A stretch of 64,000 nucleotides of DNA, taken from assembly GCF_036588685.1 (NCBI RefSeq), contig NC_086375.1, forward strand, positions 69,316,001-69,380,000, in the 5' to 3' direction. This DNA comes from Mytilus trossulus (lineage: Eukaryota). Every line of letters starts with the position of its first letter. The stretch's first letter is position 1. Made by a program: the position numbers and the translations under genes. This document shows positions 51,548-64,000 of this stretch, piece after piece. The notes under the pieces are model-generated. The model worked only from the letters and a program-made list of their open reading frames with translations, did no database searches and was not told the origin of the DNA.

Positions 51548-54211
51548 TTACCTGCGTATCATATTATTGCAAACGGAGGATTTTTGTTCAAGCTTATTTT
51601 CGTTTTTTCTGAAATTGTTTCACATTTCAAAGCGATATAATACTGTTACTTTAATTGTGCATCCCTTATTTTATTCACTTTGTTTTTACATTGCATCCGC
51701 ATAGATCAAATTTATTCGTTCAGTGTATGTTCACTTGTGTTAATATATATATATGTCTCTTGATTGAATTAAGCCATTTCAATTGATATTTTATAGTGTG
51801 TCTTTTTATGTTGTGAGGTTGCTCTATTCTTTCAGATAAGGGTGAAGGTTCAAGTTGTATCCATTCAAACGTTTGAACCCGCTGCGATTGTTTGCACCTG
51901 TTCTAAGTAAGGAATCTGCTGTTAAGTAGTTGTCGTTTGTTGTTGTGGTTCGTAAGTGTTTCTAGTTTCTTGTTTTTATATAGGTAAGACCGTTGGTTTT
52001 CCCATTTGAATGGTTTTACACTAGTAATTGTCGGGCCCTGGAGCACATACCACAGCTTCTTATATCTTCGAATTCATAATTTCTAAATAATTAAGTGTTG
52101 TAATACCACTGTCCCAAGTTCTGTTGGGGTTGAGTGCACACATACATGGTTTTATAGAGGCCTCGTCTGAATTGTATCTTTTTTTTTTTGGTGTCGGGGC
52201 CTTTGTGGCTGACTATTAGAACGTCACGCACGATGTTCCTACAACCCCTATGATTTAAAACAGAATCTTTGAAATTTCCTCCGCAAAACAAAATAAAATG
52301 TTAATTAACGCTAACCACTATAAAAACTAATTCAGTATACATGTATGTTTTCCTTTATGTTCTTATAGCTCTTGGTCATATGCTTAGTAATATCTAGTAT
52401 ATTTGAGGAGTAAAACAACAAAGCTATATGAAAAAACGGATGTCCAACGTTACATTTTTGAACAACTGTTTTATCTCTTATGTATAGTGATCCTATTTCT
52501 TATTCTCTGATCTTCCCAAAACTTGACAGAAGCAACGAAGTGTGTCAGTTCTTTCTTAAATTGAAGCCGTTCTTTTGTCGAATTTTGTTTGACTCGGTGG
52601 CTCCATATTAAGCTGGGATAAGAAAAGTGTCCAATGACGTTTTTCGTTGACTTAACGGCTAAAAGGTAGTTTTATAAGTAGACATAGCTAAAAATGTCTA
52701 ACAAATGTGAGATAATTATAACATCTGCCGAAAGAACAAACATTTGCCTCATTGTTCGTGAGTTTAAAAATAGTAGATTCTATAAAACCATCTCTACACA
52801 GTCGTTTTTCAAGCGGTAGCCATTTTGTCCAAGTTGATATTTCATTTGTCCAAGCAATTAATGCGGGTTTGTTACCTGATATTTCAATAAGTATTTTATA
52901 ATTTACCAAAGCAAAATTTAGATACACAAAAAGAACATAAAGTCTAGATTCTTTTTTTATTAACTGCATGTTTGGATTTTTACAGGAATAAAATGCTACG
53001 AAACATAACAAAACGGTAGCCATTTTGTCCCAACGTCGAGAAACCTCGAAAAAACAAACAAACGCTTTTTTTTTTCGACGTTACATGTGCAAAATTTGTT
53101 CCATTGTACATGTGTATTCCCGATACTTAAAACGAATCGTTTGGTGAAATTTAAAAAATAATTGCTGGTTGTCGAAAAAACCCACGGTGCATGTTGTGCA
53201 TGAAACGGAGGTAACTGAAAGACTTATCGGAAACAGCGACAAAACAGTTTCATTGAATTGATGCAACCCCGTATTATACGGACGATTCAGGAGAATATTA
53301 GTACATTTTGAAAGAAAGCAACTTCAAATGACTGGGAAAATATTTTCAAGATCGGGTTATGATAATTTATTTAATGGTTGTATTGCGACACGTTATGTGT
53401 CAAGCAATTTTTTAATACAGATCTATTCAAATTAATCAAGGGTAAATATGTTTTTATTTACGTGCAGAGTGTCGGATATATAAATATATATTTGTATAAG
53501 GGTAGAAACAAGATATGAAAAATGTACATGACATATGATATTCACCATGCAATCTTAGCAGTCTGCGAGTGAAGTTTTGTTATAATTCATTTATTGAAAA
53601 CCGTTTACCTCTGTGCCATTTTCCCTTCCTTCAAGTTCATTACTTACGACAATACAACATTTTAAGGTTAATTATGGGTAAAAATTATTTAATCGATTTC
53701 CACAACTTGATATAAATAAATTCATGGTAAATAGACATCACAAGTTTAATAGAGACATATTTAGAATCAACCAACTACACGAAAAAAGCAAATGAAACTT
53801 GCAAATTGAATAAACGTACGTCAAAAGTCTCAGAAAACTCTCTTTGACATCGTGGTGGTGTAACGTCGTGTTGTAGGAACATCGTGCACAACGTTTAGGT
53901 ATGAGTTTTTCTCATTGTCGAGGTTCGTTCGGTGACCTATTTTTGGCTATATCTTTGTCATTTGAACTCTGGTGGATAGCTGTCTCATTCATAATCATAC
54001 CATTCCTCTGTTCATTTATTAATACAGTGGTACATAGTTATCGATTCTACATGGTTATTATAGCCAAGTTTAAATTTAATTTGATTGATAAAATTAAAAT
54101 TATCTATATGAGACTACTATAACGTAATAGTAGTCTCAGTTTCTATTAAGATGTAAAAAATTTGAACGATATTATATGGAACGCCCTGACTGCCTTATGT
54201 TAATGATCAAA

Positions 54212-54830
54212 ATTATATTCAGTGCTCACACCATTATATGCAGTGCTCACACCATTATATGCAGTGCTCACAACATTATATAAAGTGCTCACAACATTAT
54301 AATAGGCGCTCACAACATTATATTAAGTGCTCAGAACATTATATTAAGTGCTCACAACATTATATGCAGTGCTCACAACATTATATGCAGTGCTCACAAC
54401 ATTATATTAAGTGCTCGCAACATTATATTAAGTGCTCACAACATTATACTAAGTGCTCACAACATTATATTAAGGTCTCACAACATTATATAAAGTGCTC
54501 ACAACATTATATGCAGTGCTCACAACATTATATACAGTGCTCACAACATTATACTAAGTGCTCACAACATTATATTAAGGTCTCACAACATTATATAAAG
54601 TGTTCACACCATTATATGCAGTGCTCACAACATTATATTAAGTGCTCACAACATTATATTAAAAGTGCTCACAACATTATACGCAGTGGTCCAAACATTA
54701 TATGCAGTGGTCACAACATTATATGAAGTGGTCACAACATTATATGAAGTGGTCACAACATTATATGAAGTGGTCACAACATTATATGAAGTGGTCACAA
54801 CATTATATGAAGTGCTCACAACATTATACG
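54212..54830. repeat. Minisatellite, 21-bp unit (agtgctcacaacattatatgc)
   Basis: About 29 tandem copies; produces the (CSQHYIK)n and (VVTTLYE)n ORFs. Confidence 0.95.
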
Positions 54831-55404
54831 TTTTTTGTTGTATTATGAGATTGATGTATGATGAGATAAACGAATGATGAGATCATTCGGTAAACTTCGT
54901 ATTTTAGCGGAAATTACCGAATCCATAATTGGTAAATTACGTTAAATTAATTCCCAGCAAACAAATTTAAACAGTTATTGTTATATGTTATCATTAAGGC
55001 AGTATACAATATTTAAAATTGATTAAAATAAGTAAGTTAAGAAGTATATGATCAATTTAACACAAATTTATTCCACACCATGCAGGGCATTTAAAACTTA
55101 TTTTGAGGATCAGTTTCACCATATTCACAACTTAATATGTATATATATATTTAAGTGTTTATTAAATTGCTTGAATGCAGTTGGATACGACCGCAGAGGT
55201 CCAACCCTAAACCGTTCGGACAAAAATGGACACACTATTCACGCTTGATTCAGGTCTGAATTTGGAATGTAATTAAATATTTGACACATAATAAATTTCT
55301 GACAAAAAATGTTTATTTCGACCCCCTTTTTGGCCCCTTATTCCTAAACAGTTAAGACCATAACCCCCCAAATCAATCCCAACCTTTCTTTAGTTGTTAT
55401 GTTC

Positions 55405-55500
55405 CAGACCGTATGAGTATTTGGACCGTGCGCGTACGGTCTGGACCGTATGCGTACTTTTCAAAATACTCATACGGTCGGACCGTACGCGTACGGTCTG
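55405..55500. repeat. Palindrome-rich transposon end (GACCGTACGCGTACGGTC subrepeats)
   Basis: ccgtatgagtattt...aaatactcatacgg hairpin plus two near-perfect palindromes. Confidence 0.65.
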
Positions 55501-56081
55501 ATCAATATGTAACAGATCAAAATAACTTTACTCTCAAATTAATATGGAAAAGTTCAATTGTAATTGAAATAAAAACTTTATTTTTTAATACATGTATTTA
55601 AAAAATTCACGCTTATTAAATCTGTTAATATCTAGTTTTTAGCATGTTGATCAGTAATACATTAATTGAATGATGATCATTGAATTTGACGATACCGGAA
55701 GTAAGCATTAATGTCGGAGGACAATTGTTTAGAATATTAGAAACTTTACAAAAACTTCAGATTGATGGTGACATAACACAGTTGCTCTTTAAATCGAGAC
55801 AAACTAGGTATTTCTAACAAAAAAAATCGATATGCAAGAAATATCTCTTCCCTATATAGAGTACAAGTGGCCCCGAAGACGACTTACTAGAAAACTAAAA
55901 CAGTATCAAAGAGTTCATCTAGCAAATTTTAATGTAACAATGGTAGTGTAAAAATGGAAACAAGTCTAAACAAGAATAATCTTTATTCAGAAAATCGTCA
56001 TGGCCACCGATACACCTCTTTTACTTTTCTTTATTTGTTCCCCATCATATTACATTTTTTTTTTTTTTTTTTTTTATATTA

Positions 56082-56890
56082 CAGTGCATGGAGATCACTT
56101 CTAACCTCTCATTAGTTCTGTCAGCATAATCTGTCATAGAACTGTTCTAACCTGTCCTAGAACAGTTCTAGGATATAAAACAGTTCTACCCTAGAACTGT
56201 TCTAAGTAGAACTGAAAGAATTAGTTCTAGGTAGAACTGACCAAATCAGTTCTATAGGTAGAACTGTCCAAGTCAATTCAAGCCGTAGAACTGTCAGTCG
56301 GACTGACCAAATCAGTTATAACCGAAGAACTGTCAGCAGAATTGACTAAAACTGTTCTAGCCGTAGAACTGACCAAACCCGTCATGATCGTAAAACAGTA
56401 CTAAATGACGTCACCTTTAATATATATTATATTCTTTGAACTTATTTAGATTTAAGACAAAGAGTTAAAAAACAGTTATATGGATCGAACTGACCAAATC
56501 AATTCTTATCGTATAGAACCGACTAAATCAATCCTAATCGTAGAACTGTTCTAGCCGTAGATCTGTTCTAGTCGTATAACTGACCAAAGGTTTAGCCAGT
56601 TCTAGGTAGAACTGTCTAAAACTGTTCTAGGGTGGAACTGTCAGGATCAGTTCTAGGTAGACCAGTCTAAATCAGTTCTAGGTAGAACGGTCTAAATCAG
56701 TTCTAGGTAGAACGGTCTAAATCAGTTCAAGGTAGAACTGACCGAATCAGTTCTAGGTTAGAACTATTCTAGCTAGAGCTAACTGAAAGGTGTCAGGATG
56801 ACCGTTCAACATACTGTCATAAAACAGTTCTCATGACAGATTCTGGCAGATTTGAGGAGAGGTATGAACATGATGAAGTAATCTCTACTG
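56082..56890. mobile_element. TA-flanked MITE with internal short-repeat arrays (gtagaactg / cagttctag)
   Basis: TA|CAGT..gagatcacttc ... gaagtaatctctACTG|TA imperfect TIRs; ~25-bp internal units aaatcagttctaggtagaac. Confidence 0.7.
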
Positions 56891-57033
56891 TAACGATTAA
56901 CGTTTATCCATAATTTCTACCAAAATTGGGTCAATCAACTTTACATTGCATAAGAGGAACAAACACATGGGAGGACACGCAAGGATATCTTGAAGGCCAT
57001 TATAAATCGTAAGATCACAAAATACCTTAAAAC

Positions 57034-57046
57034 GATAACGTTGTTA
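57034..57046 (+). promoter_or_regulatory. Conserved upstream element GATAACGTTGTTA of EPDR paralog 1
   Basis: Identical 13-mer at 61716-61728 upstream of paralog 2; 99 and 111 nt before the respective ATGs. Confidence 0.55.
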
Positions 57047-57132
57047 GAATGATGTCCTCAGAAGGCTAACAAAGTTTATTTAAAGTGATCGACAACTGAC
57101 CCTCGCAGTCCGCTAGTCACATTCGAATCGAA

Positions 57133-60100
57133 ATGAAGTACCTTATTGCTCTGTGTCTTTTTGTTGTTTCGGCTTACGCCCAGGCTCCAAAACCATGTGG
57201 TAAGTACTATAATATATACTATTACGTATAGTTACTAAATATATACGTACTCATTTTGATGATGAACTTCAAGTGAACAAAGTATGTACAGGGTCCAAAT
57301 GAACCCATATCTTCAATAACAAATTCTAATAGAAAATCAATATGAACATTATTGACGTTCTCAACAAACAACTGTAATACTACATACTTCTTTGCTTTTA
57401 AATTTTCAGTTTCACCATTGATGAATAATTTTAAGCTATGCAATTAAAGAAAAGGGTGCGTCGGACGCACCATATGAGTAACATCTTTTTCATTCATTAA
57501 CGATTTTGCATTTGTTATAATATAGATATCATTCCCTTTTCAGATTCTCCAGCACAGTGGGAGGCCAGAGAAATTAGGGTAAGTAAGCTTTTCCTGTTTT
57601 TAATTGTGTTTTTAATGAAGTTTTATATAATGCATTATTTTTTTTGATTTTGTTTTTATTTCAGAATCATACTTAAAGGAATTCTCAACTTTCATTGTAA
57701 CTAATTCCAGAATAAAATTTTTGGCAATATCAAATTTTGATATTGGAAAAATGAATGAAGTTACAATATTCAAAATTGAATGCTCAGGATTTATATATAC
57801 ATAATCTAAAATTCAGATTCCATTAATTCTGCGGCTGCTTTAACCCGCCCTGAAGCAGAAGAATGTTAGATACTATTTTTCTGTTAAATATTGCCTAATT
57901 ATATATAACAATTGTATTTAAGTTTTTTTTATCATTTGCAGCAAGATTACTCAAAGAAGTTTGCAGAGTACCGTAAACTTAGTTATGATGAGACCAACAA
58001 AAGGATTCGTGAGGTTGAAGAAATCATTATTGGAACTGACAAAGAATATTACGATAGACTTTATTTATTTAACGAGGTAAAAACGACTAAAAATAAGAAT
58101 TCAGTTTACTATATTTTCTGTTGAGCTAGATTCATAAATTTTGATAGTCAATTTTTTTTTTTAAATTCAGCGTTTATTGAATAACTATTCTTTGAAATAA
58201 ACAGACGAAATACAACGCATAAAAGTGAGTGAATACGTGTCTGACTTTTCGATAATTCATTTAAGTTAACGTTCAAATGTGACACTTTTTTTACAAACGA
58301 AATTACGACCTTTTTCATTGCAAACATTGTTTGACGAAATATCAAAAGAGAATATTAATTAAGGATATTGTAACTATCTATACTATACTCTGTATATCTA
58401 CGTCATTTCGTAAGAATTAAGTCAAAATATGTCTATGTCATTTTTGTAGAACAAGAATTATTCAGTAGACTTGAAAACCAGAAAGTGTGTAGTATCTGCT
58501 CTGACTAGGCCATTCCGTTACAGAGGTGTCTACCCTCAGGCTAAATTTGACGGTATCTTTAACATTGGAGCTGTCGGTGTTTCTGGAGAAGTTGTTGCCG
58601 TACAAGCATGGTCTGCCAATATAACTGGAGGTATATTAATACGGTGTATATATAATTAACTCAACAACGCGACTTATACAAACCGAATATCTATTCCTGG
58701 ACAAAGAAGGTGGGAAAATGTCCTGCAAGAAAGCAATCAAATCAAATATTAAAACATAAGTTGCACACATATATTCAAGATGCAGTCATTACAGGTCTCT
58801 TAAACCATACTATATAATACGTGTCGTATTACTTACCTTTCTTTAGCTTGATTGATCGATTGCTAGTTGCTTAACGCGTCCATTCGGAAATATTTCATAC
58901 ATTTTCATACGTTACCTTTCTTCAGATTTATTATTTAACGCCCATCGTCAAATATTTCATGCATATGCATTGCTTAACCGTTTCTTTAGATACCAATAAG
59001 TTTTAACAATGAAATTAAATATTTTGAACTAATATAATGAATTTAGATTAAATATGACCTATAGTTTAAGGAGTGAGAGAAAAATATGGGATATAGGTCA
59101 TGAGATAAATATCTTACGAAATACTTCATGTATCGAATAGACCGATCAGTTATCATTGTTATTACCTTACCCAAATTTCATCTACATTACTGATGGAAAC
59201 ACTTAAAGCCTTTGCATTATATCAGCTGAAGGAAGTGACAGTAAAAGACCGTGTCAAACATTAATAACTACTATGTTATAATCTATTTACAACTATAACG
59301 TAACAAATAACACGATGGACATGAATAACATTAATTCTAACAAGTTAAAAAAAAAAAAAAAAATTGCAGGAATACTTACTTTGTGTCATTCACAAACTTC
59401 TTTAATTATGTGATACTAATTGCTGGCTTTTTTTTAAGGATTCTTTTACACTGGTTTAGTAACATATCCTAGCTGTTATCCCGTACAGAACATCTACGTC
59501 AGTAAAGACTATGGATTTGAACATTCCGAGTAAGTTATCTGACAAGATGCAAATATTTCTCTCTATCATTGATAATTCAAAATTTTGAAATTTCAAAAAT
59601 ATATCCACATTTCGGTCAAACTTGGAAAGATTTGAACAACCGGAAGGGAGAAGTCAAGAGAGGTCTACATTTCTTTACTACAGCGAAAATAAGAGTGAAA
59701 ACTGTCGCAACCGTTTCAAGGCAAACTGGAGGTAGACCATGCAGCTATGTTGACGACGTATACATTTCCTGCCTTCATCACATGTTATTTGTTATGTTAT
59801 TGAAAAATACTGTTATTTCAGAATTGAATGTTAAAAAAATTAATAGGGGACATCCACCGAAATAAATAACAGCTTTCTGAGTACCAATACCTATTAGTTT
59901 TAAGGTTTTAACACAAGTATACGAAAATATTTCTTGTCTCAACTCAAGGTAACTTTGAAATAATTGGGAATAATAGACCAAACAACACATATATAAAGTG
60001 TACTATAAAAATTTTATATATAAGTCCGATATTATATGAACACTATTTTTTTTACAGTTATTTCGATTTGAACATTGGTATTGTGGACTTGAACGTGTTT

Positions 60101-60169
60101 GTACCACCACGTGAATGTGTGCAAGCAGAAAAAGAGTGGGAAATGAAGAACATCTCACCAATTGTTTAA
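57133..60169 (+). CDS. EPDR: Ependymin-related protein (EPDR/MERP family), secreted, 206 aa, 6 exons
   Basis: Exons 57133-57199, 57544-57578, 57942-58076, 58450-58630, 59439-59529, 60058-60169 (621 nt, GT-AG, in frame). Signal peptide MKYLIALCLFVVSAYA; QAPKPCDSPAQWEAR; SYDETNKRIR; KTRKC; CYPV; FDLNIGIVDLNVFVPPREC (four conserved Cys). AATAAA at 60190. Confidence 0.92.
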
Positions 60170-61826
60170 CTCATGAACTTTATTATCACAATAAAAAAAT
60201 AAAAAACACCATTCGTATATTTATCTTATATTTGAAAGATTTTTGAATGTCATAATTTATGAAAGTAAACTTAAAAGGGACAACCAAGAACCATAATAGA
60301 AAAGGAAAAATCGATAACTATGATACAAAAAATATTTACAAAAAAATAACACTCAATAAAACACTACAAAGAAATGGAAGATTGAGCAACACGAACCCAC
60401 AAAAAAAAATGAAAAAGAATTGAGCAACAAAACTCCATTAAAACCAAGGGATAAACTTAGGTACTTCTGGAAGAGAGGCATCTTCAGCTCCAGTAAACAT
60501 GTCAGGTTAAAGTAAACACATCTGAGAAAAACAGGATTGTACCATAACGTTTGTCGACCTTGACTAGACAGCAAGAGTGGACACATTGTTACACTCTTAC
60601 CGGAAACATTCGAGTTTTATCCTTAAATTAATCTATAGGAAATATGTATATACATATAGCATTATGTAGCTTTCTCTGGTGTTTCAAAAAAATATATGTG
60701 GTTCTCATTGTCGGAGGTAGGCCGAATGTTGGCTTGCAGTTGATACCATCTACGACATAAGGTCTGGTGGATAGTCGTCTCATTGGCAAGAATACGCCAT
60801 CTCCTTATTTTCTGCACTGTAAGATAAAAAACGGGAATATTCTAATATGTTAAACTATTTTCTATAAGTTTGTTGCTTTCCTTCTAACTATTTTGATATA
60901 GTATAACACTTTAATATTCCAAAACTCGATGTGATGCCATCAAAAATATTGTTTGTCTCGTATAATGGTACATTGGACTGGTCATAATAGTACTGAAGTG
61001 CAGATCGAACGTTTATAGCATAGAAACGTATAAACACATTGGAAGGATCAATTTATAAAATATGTGGTGGGAGTGCCAATGAGACAACTCTCCATCCAAA
61101 TAACAATGTTTAAGGGGAAAAGTTGACCAAATCAGTTTTGTATGGAGTCCTATTAACTATTTAACTGTATAGCAACCTGAAATCAAAATTATGATTAATT
61201 TCGTTACAAACATGTTCTGGTACGCTTTGAAGAACAAAAACAAATGTTTACAAGAAACAAAACCGAGACTTCCAACTTCGCCTTATACGAATACGGAGTA
61301 AAAGTAAATGAGACAGTGAAAAAAAAAAAAAAGTATTTTTCAGTTTAAGTTTCTGGGTGGAAATTTAAGGCATAAAAGCGTAGTTTTTCTTGTCAATCAT
61401 GGAGACAAAAAGTGAACTATCTTTTTTAATAGACAACACGAGTTCTGATGTAGTATACACTGATGCAACCGAAGCAAACCAGAATACAATTGACACTGAC
61501 ATGTCCACGAAAGAAGATTACAAATACGAACAAGGTTTTTATTTTTGACGTAACCTTGTAAGATAACCAATTTTAACCTTATTTAAATTAAATGATGAGA
61601 AGCACATTTTTGCAGGTTACTATCACAAGTATTATGTCTTTAAACAAACTCCAGCGAGATAAAAATTTCGTCTAGTGGACTGTTATCGACAATTCTCTGG
61701 AGGATGCCAAAGGAAGATAACGTTGTTATTGTCAGATGGTCAGAAAATGGAACATGAAGATAAACAGAATAAAAGTACCCGGTTACCAATTAATTGTGTC
61801 AGTTGGTTGGTCTCATCTGAATCGAT

Positions 61827-63496
61827 ATGAAGTACCTCATTGCTCTGTGTTTGGTAGTTTCGGCGTTTGCTCAGGCTCCAAAACCTTGCGGTAAGTCATA
61901 TTAGTAAAACAAAATTTTGGTAAACTTTAATACATGCATATGTTACTTTTTAAATCCTTTATATTATATACAGTGGTAACCTTACTATGAATTGTTTTAG
62001 TTGTGCTACCGTTACATATTTTAATGCCGGACAAATGGATGATTGAATGATGAATTTCTATTTCAGATTCTCCACCACAATGGGAAGCCAGGGAAATTAG
62101 AGTAAGCTTTTCAAATTAAGAACAGTTTAATTACAGTATGAAAGAAAAGAGAAAAGAAATAAACTGAATAATCCTTTAAAATTTTTATTTAGAAATCTCA
62201 ATAAAATCTATAGTATACTAAATAGAACTTTTAAAGATGTGGCTTCAACACTTGTTAATAGTTTGTGATTTGGTCACATGAGCAAGATATTTCTCTGTGT
62301 TACCAGTTTACTTTAATTCAAATTATTTTTTTCCCTGCTATTTTTTTTTATCATATTAACATCCAGAGTTATAAGTTTATGTGGTTACATTGATTTTCAA
62401 CAAACTATCAATGAAAAGTCATATACAATGATAAGTTATTGTTCCAGTAGAGAAAAATATGAAAGTATAATAATAATTTAAATAGATGTGGCAAAGATGA
62501 ACATAGATGGGTTTGGCTGTTACTTTTTGGTCCTATAAGGTCATTTATCTCATCAACTGTATCATTGGGTTTCAAATATTCGCCTTTTGTCGATCCTGAA
62601 AAAGGTTAATCCAGAAAAGTGCTTCGTACGCATGAAATGTAAAAAGTGTGGTTTACATTTTTTCTTATCAATATGTCGTCAAAACAAGCCAAGAACGTGC
62701 ATCATAGATCTTATATTTCTTAAATTAATGAGAAAATATGAGAGAGAAATTGTTCAATATAATGAACCTTTTATCTGTTTACAGCAAGATTACTCACGAA
62801 AATTTGAGGAATTTCGTAAATTGAGTTATGATGAGACCAACAGGAGGGTACGTGAAGTGGAGGAAATACTCTTGGGATCAGATAAAGAATATATTGACAG
62901 ACTCTATTTGTACAATGAGGTAAGACATACTCTGCCATGCTACTATTATATTGACTAATATTGAATTAACGTTGAGTGATTTAGTGACATACTTATTTAC
63001 AAAATAACCCAAAAGTAGGGAATAAAAAGATGCAAGATGTAAACTGAAATACTAATGATATTAATTGGAAAACCTAAACGAGTTGTATTCTACAGTCTAA
63101 TGAATAAGCTGAAATTTTTATAAATAGTTGAATCAGGGTAGCATTAGAATCTTAACTAGAGAAACATGCAACATACATGCACAGTAAATTTTAAAATTTT
63201 CAAAACATTAATGTGAAGAAAAAAATTAATTGCATAGAATGCATGTATAATAAACTAAGCGGTTTTATCCATTATTTTAGGTTGTCTATTTATGCAATGA
63301 ACGTTATTTCAACAGGCCAAGAACTACTCACTCAATCTGAAAACCAAAGTATGCACAGTAACAGCTTTAACCAGACCATTCCGTCATCGTGGTGTATTCC
63401 CAGATGCTAAGTTTGATGGTATTTTCAATATTGGTGCTGTCGGAGTCTCAGGAGAAGTAGTAGCAGTTCAAGCTTTCTCAGCAAACGGAACTGATG
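61827..63496 (+). CDS. EPDR: Second ependymin-related paralog (first 4 exons; continues past the window end)
   Basis: Exons 61827-61890, 62067-62101, 62785-62919, 63316-63496. Same phases and exon 2-4 lengths as the upstream paralog; MKYLIALCLVVSAFAQAPKPCDSPPQWEAREIRQDYSRKFEEFRKLSYDETNRRVRE. Confidence 0.92.
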
Positions 63497-64000
63497 GTTA
63501 GTTACATATGCATCTGATCAAACGCACCATGATTCTAATAAATGTCGTTTACTAATAGTCGTTTAAAAAAGTTTTAAAAGTTTACTGTCTGACGATGAAT
63601 TTATTTTTATTATCTAAATGTTCAATGCAAAATGATGTGTGAATGAAGGTAGACGGGGATATACGCGAACCACACAGCACACAAACGACTAAAAAACCTT
63701 AACAAATATATCAAGTTTTCAAAATGGTATTTGACAATTTAATTCACAGACCGTACTATATTTCCATTGATTTAGGTTGTCTGTTGAAGATATACGGATT
63801 CTTTTTAGGTGTCAGACCACCAATTAAAAATCCCTATCTGTTCAACCAAATTTTGCAATTTTCACAGCTTTCTAAATATTTTACCTTAAGTTTAACTTCA
63901 AGGAAACCAGGTAAATCCTGAATTGTACATGTATCACCCACCTTCCTACATGCCAATTTTCAACCAATGTTTAGTCTTGTAAGAAATTTATGATTTTGAA

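Noticed and set aside
52688-53023. 111-aa ORF as a THAP/transposase N-terminus
   Set aside because: Lacks the C2CH spacing and the conserved W/P residues of THAP.
54212-54830. CRISPR-like array
   Set aside because: Head-to-tail 21-bp units with no unique spacers, no cas genes, eukaryotic context.
56082-56890. CRISPR-like or telomere-like repeat
   Set aside because: Degenerate short repeats in both orientations bounded by TIRs and TA; a MITE.
1-64000. tRNA/rRNA genes, NUMT, viral or bacterial insert
   Set aside because: No recognisable tRNA/rRNA, mitochondrial or viral sequence; all long ORFs are explained by metazoan gene families.

Overview
AT-rich eukaryotic (invertebrate) genomic DNA, not prokaryotic. 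The repeat landscape (mollusc-type SINE, Helitron/HINE-like elements with ~165-bp internal tandem arrays, many MITEs), RING-less B-box/beta-propeller genes and tandem ependymin-related genes point to a bivalve, most likely a mussel (Mytilus-like; inference). Main content: (1) the 5' end of an unidentified minus-strand gene with two apparently alternative first coding exons (9575-9671 and 3933-3978) and its promoter near 10.1-10.6 kb. (2) A complete 13-coding-exon COQ8/ADCK3-4 atypical kinase gene on the minus strand (44927-19929, 712 aa by manual splicing). Its 15.8-kb intron (22257-38059) hosts three intact genes, each with its whole CDS in one exon: a class A GPCR and two B-box/NHL-like propeller (TRIM-like) genes. 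(3) Two tandem ependymin-related genes on the plus strand (57133-60169 complete; 61827 onward, truncated by the window end). (4) Many mobile elements, including a PIF/Harbinger-type element inserted inside an inverted copy of itself and a non-autonomous Helitron. Exon structures were derived by hand from GT-AG signals and reading-frame continuity; no database searches were run.
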